A stretch of 64,000 bases of DNA from Pseudomonadota bacterium (lineage in GTDB: Bacteria > Myxococcota_A > Polyangia > GCA-2747355), in assembly GCA_016711215.1 (NCBI GenBank), contig JADJTL010000001.1, forward strand, positions 1,144,067 through 1,208,066, in the 5' to 3' direction. Below, piece after piece: positions 10,655 through 19,583 of the stretch (its first letter is position 1; the number at the start of each line of letters is the position of its first letter). A program made the translations under genes and the position numbers. The notes below the pieces were generated by a model, which was not told where the DNA came from, did no database searches, and saw only the letters and a program-made list of their open reading frames with translations.

Positions 10655-11869
10655 TCAGCCGCAGCCGCCACTCTTCTTGCCCTTCGGTCGCAGCTTCACC
10701 GTGGGCGTGTAGGGTAGCTTCGGCGCATGCTCGGGGTCGAGCGCGGCCGCCGGATGGCGATCGCCGAGGGCGGCCGCGAAGCGCCAATGCAGCCGGTCGT
10801 CGCCGGCGACGGCGGTCGTGATCGGCTCGACGCCGGTCGATCCCGCTCCATAGGTCGCGATCCAGCGGTTGAGGCCGCCGGCGAGGACGTAGACATTGGG
10901 CACACCGAGCAGCGCCAGGTGGCGCCAGGCGGCCGTGGCGGACGTCTCGTCATTCGAGATCAGGATCACGACGCTGGGATCCGGTAGGCTGATCAGCCTC
11001 CGCCGCTGGCTCGGCAACGCCGCGATCGAGACGCGCTCGGCGTTGGCGAGGTGAAAGCGGTTCCAGTCGCTCTCGGGCCGCAAGTCGAGCGTCACGAGCT
11101 TCAGATCGCGGTCGCCCTGCAGGGCCAGCAGCTCGGCCGGCACGATGAAGACCTCGCGGCGCGCGAGCTGGGGCTGGTACTTGGCGCCCAGTCGCTCCCA
11201 CTTGGCGTCGAGTGAGGGCTGGCCGAGCGCTGCGACGGCGCCCACGCCGCCGAGGAGCAGCGCCGTGCCGGCCATCGCCTTGGGCCAGTGGACGGGCCGC
11301 TCGTGACCGAGCCGTCGCGCCACGAATTTCAGGCCGCCGAAGAAGGCGAGGGCCAGCAGAGCGACCAGCCCCACCGCGGTGGCCGTCGAAACGCCGAAGA
11401 GGTCGGTGAGTTGGAGTGGACCGAAGTGGCCGGCGTAGTAGAACGCGCGGAAGTAATCGGCCGTCTCGCCGAAGGCGAACATGCCGAGCAAGCTGCCGAG
11501 CACGAAGAAGAACCCGTCGATCTTACCGGTAGCCAACGAGGCCAGCGACGTTCCCGGGCAGTAGCCGCCGATCGCGAAGCCGACGCCAAAGATCAGCCCG
11601 CCGAGGGCTACCGAGGGGACGTAGGTCGGATTGACCCAGAGCTGGTCGAGGTCGAGCCAGCGCAGGCCCGAGCTGAGATAGAGCAAGAGCATCGCCGTGA
11701 CGATCGCCGTGAACATCGCCTGCACGACGCGCAGCTCGCGGAAGTAGAACTGCGCCGCGAGTCGCCGCGCGTCGCCGAAGCCGGTGGACTCGAGCACGAA
11801 GCCGAAGGCCAGCCCGATCAGCACCTCGACCAGATGGGCCGACCAGCCGCCCAACGCGAAGGGGCCCAT
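10655..11869 (-). CDS. YeeE/YedE-family sulfur-transport membrane protein (half-size) fused to a C-terminal rhodanese-like domain lacking the active-site Cys
   Basis: The N-terminal ~190 aa are polytopic, with the GGYCPGTS motif typical of YeeE/YedE. An extra TM helix follows, then a rhodanese-fold region (LVTLDLRPESDWNRFHLANAERV ... VVILISNDETSATAAWRHLALLGVPNVYVLAGGLNRW). The usual Cys position is Ser. The protein ends KGKKSGGCG. Confidence 0.75.
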   Translation of the reverse strand: MGPFALGGWSAHLVEVLIGLAFGFVLESTGFGDARRLAAQFYFRELRVVQAMFTAIVTAMLLLYLSSGLRWLDLDQLWVNPTYVPSVALGGLIFGVGFAIGGYCPGTSLASLATGKIDGFFFVLGSLLGMFAFGETADYFRAFYYAGHFGPLQLTDLFGVSTATAVGLVALLALAFFGGLKFVARRLGHERPVHWPKAMAGTALLLGGVGAVAALGQPSLDAKWERLGAKYQPQLARREVFIVPAELLALQGDRDLKLVTLDLRPESDWNRFHLANAERVSIAALPSQRRRLISLPDPSVVILISNDETSATAAWRHLALLGVPNVYVLAGGLNRWIATYGAGSTGVEPITTAVAGDDRLHWRFAAALGDRHPAAALDPEHAPKLPYTPTVKLRPKGKKSGGCG

Positions 11870-11872
11870 GGC

Positions 11873-12415
11873 TTAGCCTTCCTCGCGGCCGGGGGTCCAT
11901 AGTCGCCGCACGAAGAAGGCGCAGCCGTAGGCCCCGGCAAAGCAGGCGAAGAGGAAGATCCACGAACCCACGGCGAGCGTCGCTCCGCCGCTGAGGCCCT
12001 GCCCCGAGGTGCAGCCACGCGCCAGCCGGGCGGCATAGCCCACCAGCGCGCCCCCGACGAGGGCGGCGATCCAGCGCACGCGCGCTGTGATCCGCGGACC
12101 GTGGAAGGTCTCGAGGCGCACGCGCCGGCGGAGCAGGCCAGAGGTCAGGCCGCCGAGCAGCACGCCACCGATCGACCAGACGATCCAGTGATCGAGAGGC
12201 CCGCCGGCGCCGCGCATGAACTCGGCCACGGCCGGGGTGCGGGCCACATGGCGCGGGGCGACGCGCTGCTCGGCCGCGGCCACGAGGCGCGCCGTGCCGC
12301 CCGAGCTGCCCAGCCCGTGGCCCGTGACGAAGAACGCCGCAAAGAGCACCAGTCCGAGCATCAGCCCGCCGAAATAGGGATTCCAATAGCGTGGGTTTTC
12401 GCCCGGCATCGTCAC
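11873..12415 (-). CDS. YeeE/YedE-family sulfur-transport membrane protein (half-size)
   Basis: 180-aa hydrophobic ORF with the conserved LARGCTSGQGLSG motif. ATGA overlap with the upstream cytochrome gene and a 3-nt gap to the downstream YeeE-rhodanese gene. Confidence 0.75.
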   Translation of the reverse strand: MTMPGENPRYWNPYFGGLMLGLVLFAAFFVTGHGLGSSGGTARLVAAAEQRVAPRHVARTPAVAEFMRGAGGPLDHWIVWSIGGVLLGGLTSGLLRRRVRLETFHGPRITARVRWIAALVGGALVGYAARLARGCTSGQGLSGGATLAVGSWIFLFACFAGAYGCAFFVRRLWTPGREEG

Positions 12416-15400
12416 TCCTTCGGCTTCGGTCGCAATGGGCCGCGTTGGGCGGCGGTGGCCAGCGGTCGCGCCGGCCGATAGGCTAGCGCGCCGTCGCTGC
12501 CGCGCTCGAGCGCGCCGTCGAGGGCGACCGTCTCGGCGCTGGCAGCGGCGGCCAACGTCGGCCTCAGGCCACCGGGCAGATAGGGGGCGACGACGAAGGA
12601 TCGCCGCGCCGCCTCTGAGCTCGGGTGGCAGCGCGCGCAGGCCCGGCTCGCTGCCGCCCCGAGCCCCACGCCGTGGTAAATCGGGTAGGGGCGCAGCTCA
12701 CCCTGGATGACGGCGCCGGCCGCGCCGAGGGCCGCGATCCCTTTGGCGACCAGCGCCACCTTGGCGGCGGTGTCGAGTCGTAGCTCCCTGTCGGTGACGC
12801 GGCCATCGTGGTTACTGTCGAGCGCGGCGATGATCTCGGCGCGATAGCCGTCACGGTCGCGGAAGACCCGCTGCACGAGCGCGGGTGGCACCGGCCGCTT
12901 ACCGACGATCCAGCGATAACTGGCCACGAGGTTCGCGGGCGTCAGCCGCGTGATCCCGTCGCCACCGCGCGCGCGCACGAGCGCTGGTTCGTAGCCCGCG
13001 AGGTAGAGCGTCGCCGGATCGACGACCTCGCCAGCGGCGGGGTCAGCGGCGGCGCTAGCGATGCCGCGGTAGAGCAGGCGAGGGGAGCCGTCCGGGCGCA
13101 CGACGGTGGCGTCGACGAGCGATCGCGCGGGGAGCGCGAGGCGTGGCACGTGGCAGGCCTCGCAGGCGACCTTGGCGAAGTGCTGCTGCTGGGCCGGCAG
13201 CCAGGGGTGCAAACCCTCCAGGCTGTGGCAGCTCTGACAGCGGCGTCGCTCGCCGGGCTTGGCTGCCCGCGCCTTGGCGATCGCGCCGCCGAGCTGCGCG
13301 GGCCGTCGGCCGCTGTAGTGGCAGGCACCGCAGCTCACCAGCCGCTGGGCGTGGATATCCCAGGGCTGCCCCTGCTGGTCTTTTTGCATCAGGTTCAACG
13401 CCGAGCGGCGTATCGCCTGCCAGGAGAACACCTGGCCGGTCGTTTCCGTCACCCACTGCGTGCCGTCGAGGACGACGTTCAGCGGCGCGCTGCCGTTATC
13501 GACCAGGCCATGGCAGGCGCCGCAGCTCGCTTCGCCCGTCCGCCCGAGCTTTAGCTCTACCGCGCCCTCGGCGTCGAAGGCCGCGGGACGCCAGCGCCAG
13601 CGTTGCGCGGCCGCCTCCTCGATCAGCGCGGCGGGCAGCGTGGCGCCGATCGACCACTCCGGCTGATCGCTGGCCAGGGCGCGCCCTCGCGCCGCGTGAT
13701 CGGCGGCCTCGAGATGACAGAGGAAGCAGTTGGTTTCTTCGCCCGTGGCGGGGGGCAGGCGGGGCCCCCAGCGCAAGAGCTCGCTGCGTGGCTGCGGCAA
13801 GGCCTCCAGCGCGAGCCCTGCGTGCAGGCGGTGGGTCGCCACGAAGCTCGCGTCCGCCAGCTCATGGCAGCCGCCGCAGGTCTGGGCGGTAGAGAGCGGC
13901 GCGGCGCTCTCAAATACCGATTGTCCGACGCGGTCCTTGAGCGTGATTCGCGGATGCTCCACGGCCTCGCGCGCGAGCGGGTCACGCGGATAGCCCAGGG
14001 CCCGCCAATCGAGGCGTCCGCGCTCGCCGTGACAGTCGCGGCAGGTCAGGGCCGCTTCCTTCCGTTGCACCATATGCGAGAGCGGCCAGAACATCTCCGT
14101 CGCCGCGAAGCCGTAGCGTCCGCTGTAGGGCAGCCCCGTGGCTTTCGCCCCCTCACGCGCCGCGAGGTCCCAGTCGAACTTGGTCCAGTAGCCCTTCGGC
14201 CCGCTGGTATTGGGCAGCAGCAGGTGGCGATGGTCTTGGTCGTAGAGCTGCTTGCCCAGATGGCGCTTGAAGGGCCAGAGCTTGGCGCTGGGATCGTGGC
14301 GGTCGCCGAGCGGTGAGGTGATCGCGGTCACGCCGCCGGGGTCGATCTTGTCGCCCAGCAGGTAGCGCGTCGAGCGCCCGTTGTACCAGCGGTACTCGGG
14401 GAGGGCGCCCTTGGCCCAGGTGAAGCGGCCCTTGATCTTGAGATAAGCGTGTGGGTCCGTGCTCGGGAGATCCTTTCCGGCCTCGGACCAATCCCAGCTC
14501 AGCTTCGTGCCCTCGGTCACGGACATCGACGGGATGTGGCAGGCCTGGCAGGCGACCCGGGCGGTGTGTCGGTTGAGCTGGCTATCGTGATGAGGCTGCG
14601 CCGCGTGGCAGTCGCCGCAGCTGACCTGGTGGGCGCTCTCGACGCTGACCGACATCGCGCGTCCGCGCAGCCGATGGTTCTGGGTGCGGTGGCAGTCGAC
14701 GCACTGCAACTCCAAGCGACCCATATGCACATCGACCCCTTCGCTGGGAAAGAGCAGGCTGCGGTCCATGTCGCCGTGCTTGACCGCGTCGCCGCCGCCG
14801 CCCATGAAGTGGCAGGCACCGCAGTTGGCGCGTCGCGGCCGGCCCACCGAGCGCGCCACCGCCAGCAGATCGACGCTCGGATCGGGCAAGCCGGCGCCCT
14901 TTGCCTGCTTGCTGTAGGTGCCGCTCTGGTCGTGACAGACGAGGCAATCGACCAGGCTCGGGTTGTTGAAGTCGAAGTCCGGTCCGTTCCAGCCGAAGCC
15001 GGCATGGCAGCTCGTGCAGGCGCCCCAGTTGGAGCTGATGCCGATGCAGAAGTTGTTGATCGCGTTCTTCTTGCCGATGCGATGCAGGCCCCGATGCCCG
15101 GGAACCGAGACCGGGTCGCCCTGCCAGGTCCAGTGCACCGTGCTCATCAGCTCGCGCGCCGCCCTCGGGTGGCACTCGAGGCAGGCGCGCGTCACCGCCG
15201 GCCCGTCCCGAAAGGGCGTGTCGAAAAACGTGCTGTGACTGACGGGCGGCGGCCGCAGCGGCAGTTGTGCGAGCCCAAGGCCAGCGGTTGGGTTGCGCTC
15301 GCAGCCGGCGGCGTAGCAGACGAAGCAGGCGGCGCCGACCACGAGCGCGCCCGCGCGAAAGGAACGCGGGCGGCCATCGCGTCGCGCGAGCTCGCCGCGC

Positions 15401-15441
15401 CGAGTACGGGTGCTCTTCACGATCAGCCCATGCGGGTCCAC
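12412..15441 (-). CDS. 15-haem c-type cytochrome, predicted lipoprotein: octahaem tetrathionate-reductase (OTR)-family-like N-half plus 7-haem C-terminal extension with an EF-hand loop
   Basis: I count 15 CxxCH in 1009 aa. Motifs 1-8 (CLECH, CTSCH, CLVCH, CGACH, CVDCH, CGDCH, CQACH, CRDCH) have spacing and flanks (MSTVHWTW, NNFCIGISSNWGACTSCHAGFGW) that I recall from the OTR family. Motifs 9-15 lie in residues ~520-940. Lipobox CYAAGC. DSNHDGRVTDRE matches the EF-hand loop consensus. Confidence 0.75.
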   Translation of the reverse strand: MDPHGLIVKSTRTRRGELARRDGRPRSFRAGALVVGAACFVCYAAGCERNPTAGLGLAQLPLRPPPVSHSTFFDTPFRDGPAVTRACLECHPRAARELMSTVHWTWQGDPVSVPGHRGLHRIGKKNAINNFCIGISSNWGACTSCHAGFGWNGPDFDFNNPSLVDCLVCHDQSGTYSKQAKGAGLPDPSVDLLAVARSVGRPRRANCGACHFMGGGGDAVKHGDMDRSLLFPSEGVDVHMGRLELQCVDCHRTQNHRLRGRAMSVSVESAHQVSCGDCHAAQPHHDSQLNRHTARVACQACHIPSMSVTEGTKLSWDWSEAGKDLPSTDPHAYLKIKGRFTWAKGALPEYRWYNGRSTRYLLGDKIDPGGVTAITSPLGDRHDPSAKLWPFKRHLGKQLYDQDHRHLLLPNTSGPKGYWTKFDWDLAAREGAKATGLPYSGRYGFAATEMFWPLSHMVQRKEAALTCRDCHGERGRLDWRALGYPRDPLAREAVEHPRITLKDRVGQSVFESAAPLSTAQTCGGCHELADASFVATHRLHAGLALEALPQPRSELLRWGPRLPPATGEETNCFLCHLEAADHAARGRALASDQPEWSIGATLPAALIEEAAAQRWRWRPAAFDAEGAVELKLGRTGEASCGACHGLVDNGSAPLNVVLDGTQWVTETTGQVFSWQAIRRSALNLMQKDQQGQPWDIHAQRLVSCGACHYSGRRPAQLGGAIAKARAAKPGERRRCQSCHSLEGLHPWLPAQQQHFAKVACEACHVPRLALPARSLVDATVVRPDGSPRLLYRGIASAAADPAAGEVVDPATLYLAGYEPALVRARGGDGITRLTPANLVASYRWIVGKRPVPPALVQRVFRDRDGYRAEIIAALDSNHDGRVTDRELRLDTAAKVALVAKGIAALGAAGAVIQGELRPYPIYHGVGLGAAASRACARCHPSSEAARRSFVVAPYLPGGLRPTLAAAASAETVALDGALERGSDGALAYRPARPLATAAQRGPLRPKPKE

Positions 15442-15459
15442 GTTGGGCGCTGCCTACGA

Positions 15460-15678
15460 TCAGCCCTCGGTCTCGTTCGGTCGCTCGACGCGCACGGCCT
15501 TCGGTTTCCCGAGGCGCGAGACTCCGACGCGCACCCGCACCGGGTCGCCGACCTTGGGCTCGTAGGTGCAATTGAAGGCATCGAAGGGGATCTGGCGACC
15601 ATCCTCGAGCTCGACGGTGCCAAAGCCCTGTTCGCGGGCGAAGCTGAGCACCTTTCCGGGAAATAGCTCATCAGACAC
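15460..15678 (-). CDS. Small (72 aa) OB/cold-shock-domain-like protein, divergent
   Basis: GTG start with GGAGG upstream. The ORF-track N-terminus upstream of this start is implausible. Pattern GKVLSFAREQGFGTVELEDGRQIPF...VGDPVRVRV loosely resembles CSD proteins. Lies 18 nt upstream of the cytochrome gene on the same strand. Confidence 0.45.
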   Translation of the reverse strand: MSDELFPGKVLSFAREQGFGTVELEDGRQIPFDAFNCTYEPKVGDPVRVRVGVSRLGKPKAVRVERPNETEG

Positions 15679-15937
15679 GAAGCACCTCCGTCGGCTGAGG
15701 AGGAGGGGATCCGCACCCACGCCTCCCCAGCAAAGCACCTGAGGCAGTACGCCTCCGCATTCCATTCATACCTGCAAGGTCCGCGCGCCACAACTCCGCC
15801 GCGCGCCCTCTGCCGGGAGCCCGCCGCAGATCGTGCCCGACCCCAACGACGGGGCCGGCCAAGGCGCGGTGCCCTGTTCGTCACCGTCCAAGGGGGGGAA
15901 GAGGGCCTCAGGTAACTCGGGCGCGAGTGGCCGCAGC

Positions 15938-16693
<756 letters not shown>

Positions 16694-16697
<4 letters not shown>

Positions 16698-17632
16698 GCT
16701 GGCTGCTCCGCCGGCTCGTGCACGAGGCTGACGAAGATGTCCTGAAGCGAACTCTGGCTGGTATGGAGGTCTTTGAAGTCGATGTCGAGCGCGCGCAGTC
16801 GCTCCAGCAGCGAGGCGATGCCCGTCTCCTCTCGTTGCGCGTCGAAAGCATAGACCAGCGCGCGATTGGCATCGGCGAGCTCGAGCGCGAAGTCCGAGAG
16901 CTCGGCCGGGAGCTGGTCGAGCGGCGCTCGCAGGGTCAGCTTGAGTTGCTTCTTGCCGAGCTTGGCCATCAGCGTGTTCTTGTCCTCGACGAGGATCAGC
17001 TCGCCCTTGTGGATCACGCCGATGCGGTCAGCCATCGCTTCGGCCTCCTCGATATAGTGCGTCGTCAGGATGATCGTGACGCCCTGTTCTCGGAGGCGGC
17101 CCACCATCGTCCACATGTCGCGTCGTAGGTTGACGTCGACGCCGGCCGTCGGCTCATCGAGAAACAGGATTCGCGGCTCGTGGGCCAGGGCCTTGGCGAT
17201 CAAGACCCGTCGCTTCATGCCACCCGACAGCGTCATGATCTTGCTGTCTCTCTTTTCCCACAGCGAGAGCTCCCGCAGCACCCGCTCGAGGTAGGCGGGG
17301 TCCGGGGCCTTGCCGAAGAGGCCGCGGCTGAAGTTGACCGTGGCCCAGACGTTCTCGAACGCGTCGGTCGAGAGCTCTTGCGGCACCAGGCCAAGCTTGG
17401 AGCGCGCGGCCCGGAAGTCGCGGATGATGTCGTGGCCGTCCGCGTTGACCGTGCCGCTGCTAGGGTTGACGATGCCGCAGACGATGCTGATCAGCGTCGT
17501 CTTGCCAGCGCCGTTTGGGCCCAGCAGCGCAAAGATCTCCCCACGCCGAATCTCGAGGTCGAGCGCCTTCAGCGCGCGGAAGCCGGACGCGTAGGTCTTG
17601 CTCAGCTGACGAATGCAAACGATCGGATCCAC
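16694..17632 (-). CDS. ABC transporter ATP-binding protein (YadG-like, partner of the ABC-2 permease)
   Basis: Walker [10 protein letters not shown], signature LSGGMKRR, Walker B ILFLDEP. ATGA overlap with the permease start. I prefer the GTG start at 17632 (GGAG upstream) because the longer ORF-track N-terminus overlaps tRNA-Ser. Confidence 0.85.
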
Positions 17633-17701
17633 GCGAGCTCCGGCGGCAAGGGCGCAGCGTAGGGGAGGCATAGCCCCGGACGCTGGCGAAGGCGAGCGCT
17701 C

Positions 17702-17737
17702 GCGCCGATCGCGCCGAGCGCGCCGAGCGCGCCGAGC
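17702..17737. repeat. 9-bp tandem repeat gcgccgagc x4 (first copy gcgccgatc)
   Basis: Read directly; intergenic, between the ABC ATPase start and tRNA-Ser. Confidence 0.85.
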
Positions 17738-17783
17738 GGCTGGTGCGTCAGGGCCAGAGCGCTGGGACCGGGTCAGGCAAATA

Positions 17784-17873
<90 letters not shown>

Positions 17874-17945
17874 GCGGGGGGCTGATTGTGCCGGTCTCCG
17901 CGGCTGGCAGCAAGCCTGCCGTGCGCTTGAGCTCGCTCCCTTCGC

Positions 17946-18638
17946 TCAGCGGCGATCCTCGAGCAGGACGTGCATCGAGCGATGCAGCACCTCCTCCAGT
18001 CCATCGAGGTCGGTGCCGTAGCGGCCGCGGATCCAACCCTGCTGATCCACCAGCACCAGGCCCGCGCTATGGGCGATGTCGATCAACCCGCTGCCCTCTG
18101 GCACCGGCTGGCCCATGTGGGTCTGGAAGCCAGTGCCGACGAGCGAGCGGATGGCCTGCTCGGTGCCGGTGAGGAAGGTCCAGCGGCTCGCGTCGGCGCC
18201 GTAGCGCGCGGCGTAGGCCCGGAGGCGCTCGGGCCTGTCGTGCTCGGGATCGACCGAGATGCTGACCAGGCGCACGTCGACGGCATAGCGATCGTACTGC
18301 TGCTGCAGCCGATGAAGGGCTTGCATGAGCTTGGGGCAGACGGAGGGGCAGCGCGTGAAGAAGAAGCTGGCGACGTAAACGTGTCCACGCAGCGCGCTGC
18401 TGCCGAAGCGCCGACCTTGCTGATCCAGTAGCGTGAAGGCCGGGAGCTGAGCCAGGCGCGGCGGTGGCGGGGGCACGCGTCGCAGCAGCGGGCGCAGCGC
18501 CGGCAAGGTGAGCAGAGCGATGACGGCCGCCCAGAGCCAGGGGTTGCGGTACCACGGGGCGCGATGCGCGGGGTCGAGCGTAGGGGTCGACGGGTTCGCG
18601 GCTGAGGTCGGCGCCGTCGCCGCGGGCGCTGGGATCAT
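17946..18638 (-). CDS. SCO1/SenC family copper chaperone (thioredoxin fold, membrane-anchored)
   Basis: CxxxC motif FFFTRCPSVCP, downstream DIAHS, and an N-terminal TM anchor. The ATG at 18638 overlaps the stop of the upstream permease (ATGA). The longer ORF-track N-terminus is rejected. Confidence 0.85.
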   Translation of the reverse strand: MIPAPAATAPTSAANPSTPTLDPAHRAPWYRNPWLWAAVIALLTLPALRPLLRRVPPPPPRLAQLPAFTLLDQQGRRFGSSALRGHVYVASFFFTRCPSVCPKLMQALHRLQQQYDRYAVDVRLVSISVDPEHDRPERLRAYAARYGADASRWTFLTGTEQAIRSLVGTGFQTHMGQPVPEGSGLIDIAHSAGLVLVDQQGWIRGRYGTDLDGLEEVLHRSMHVLLEDRR

Positions 18639-19507
18639 GTCTGGGACCCCGCCGGGCGGCGCCCGGTGGCCCAGACGGCCCAGGCCAGCCCCGCGATGGT
18701 CATCCCGCCGAGCACGAGGCAGCTCGTGAGCAGGCCGATCGGCGAGCCGACGCCGCCGAGGGTCAGCCGCACCGCGGCGACGATATAGGTCAGCGGATTG
18801 AGGCGCATCACCACCCCGAGCCAACCGTCGGGCACGGGAAACATCGCGCCCGAGATCACCCAGAGTGGGAGGAGCACGACGCTCATCAGCGCGTGATAGC
18901 CCTGCGACGAGTTGAGCAGCCAGGCCATCGCGAAGTTGATCGCCGTCAGCCCGGCACTGCCGAGGACGAGGACCGCGGCCAGCGGCAGCCAGCGCACCTC
19001 TGCCCACGGATAACCGGCGAGCGGCGCCAGCAGCAGCAGCAGCGCGGCCTGGATCAGCGCCAGCGAGGTGACGCCGGCGGTCTTGCCCAGGACCGTCGCG
19101 GCGCGCGATCCGGGCGCGACGAGCACGCCCTGCAAGAAGCCGGACTGGCGATCTTCGATGACCGAGATGGTCGCGAAGATCGTCGTGAAGAGCAGCACCA
19201 TGACGATCGTGCCGGGGAAGAAATAGACCAAGTAGCTTGCGCCACCATGCTGGGGCGCGCGGAAGCTGCCCGAGAGGCCGCTGCCGAGCAGGAGCCAGAA
19301 GAGCAGCGGTTGCAGCACTACCCCGAGCCAGCGCGAGCGCTCGCGCAGCAGGTGCAGCATGTCACGCCGCCACAGCGTGCTGATCACGCTGAGCTCCTCC
19401 GCGAGGCAGCTCCGCGCCTCGGGGCTGGCGCCGCTCGGGGCGAGGGCGCTCGTCATGCCGGCCGCGGATGGTTGACTCGTTGCTTGCTCAGACATGTCTC
19501 CCCCCAA
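18635..19507 (-). CDS. ABC-2 type transporter permease with no adjacent ATPase gene
   Basis: 290-aa ORF with six hydrophobic segments and a typical ABC-2 N-terminal region (TLWRRDMLHLLRERSRWLGVVLQPLLFWLLLG). Confidence 0.7.
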   Translation of the reverse strand: MGGDMSEQATSQPSAAGMTSALAPSGASPEARSCLAEELSVISTLWRRDMLHLLRERSRWLGVVLQPLLFWLLLGSGLSGSFRAPQHGGASYLVYFFPGTIVMVLLFTTIFATISVIEDRQSGFLQGVLVAPGSRAATVLGKTAGVTSLALIQAALLLLLAPLAGYPWAEVRWLPLAAVLVLGSAGLTAINFAMAWLLNSSQGYHALMSVVLLPLWVISGAMFPVPDGWLGVVMRLNPLTYIVAAVRLTLGGVGSPIGLLTSCLVLGGMTIAGLAWAVWATGRRPAGSQT

Positions 19508-19583
19508 CTAGGCCGCCCTTATAGCGCGCTCGCCGCCACCTGTGCACCTGCGCCTCGGGGCGGCATAGGCTAGAGTCCGCGCC

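Noticed and set aside
14449-15666. 405-aa plus-strand ORF antisense to the multihaem cytochrome gene; also 14582-15571(-) in another frame
   Set aside because: Low-complexity Ala/Arg/Gly composition. The cytochrome frame carries 15 CxxCH motifs and is clearly the real one.
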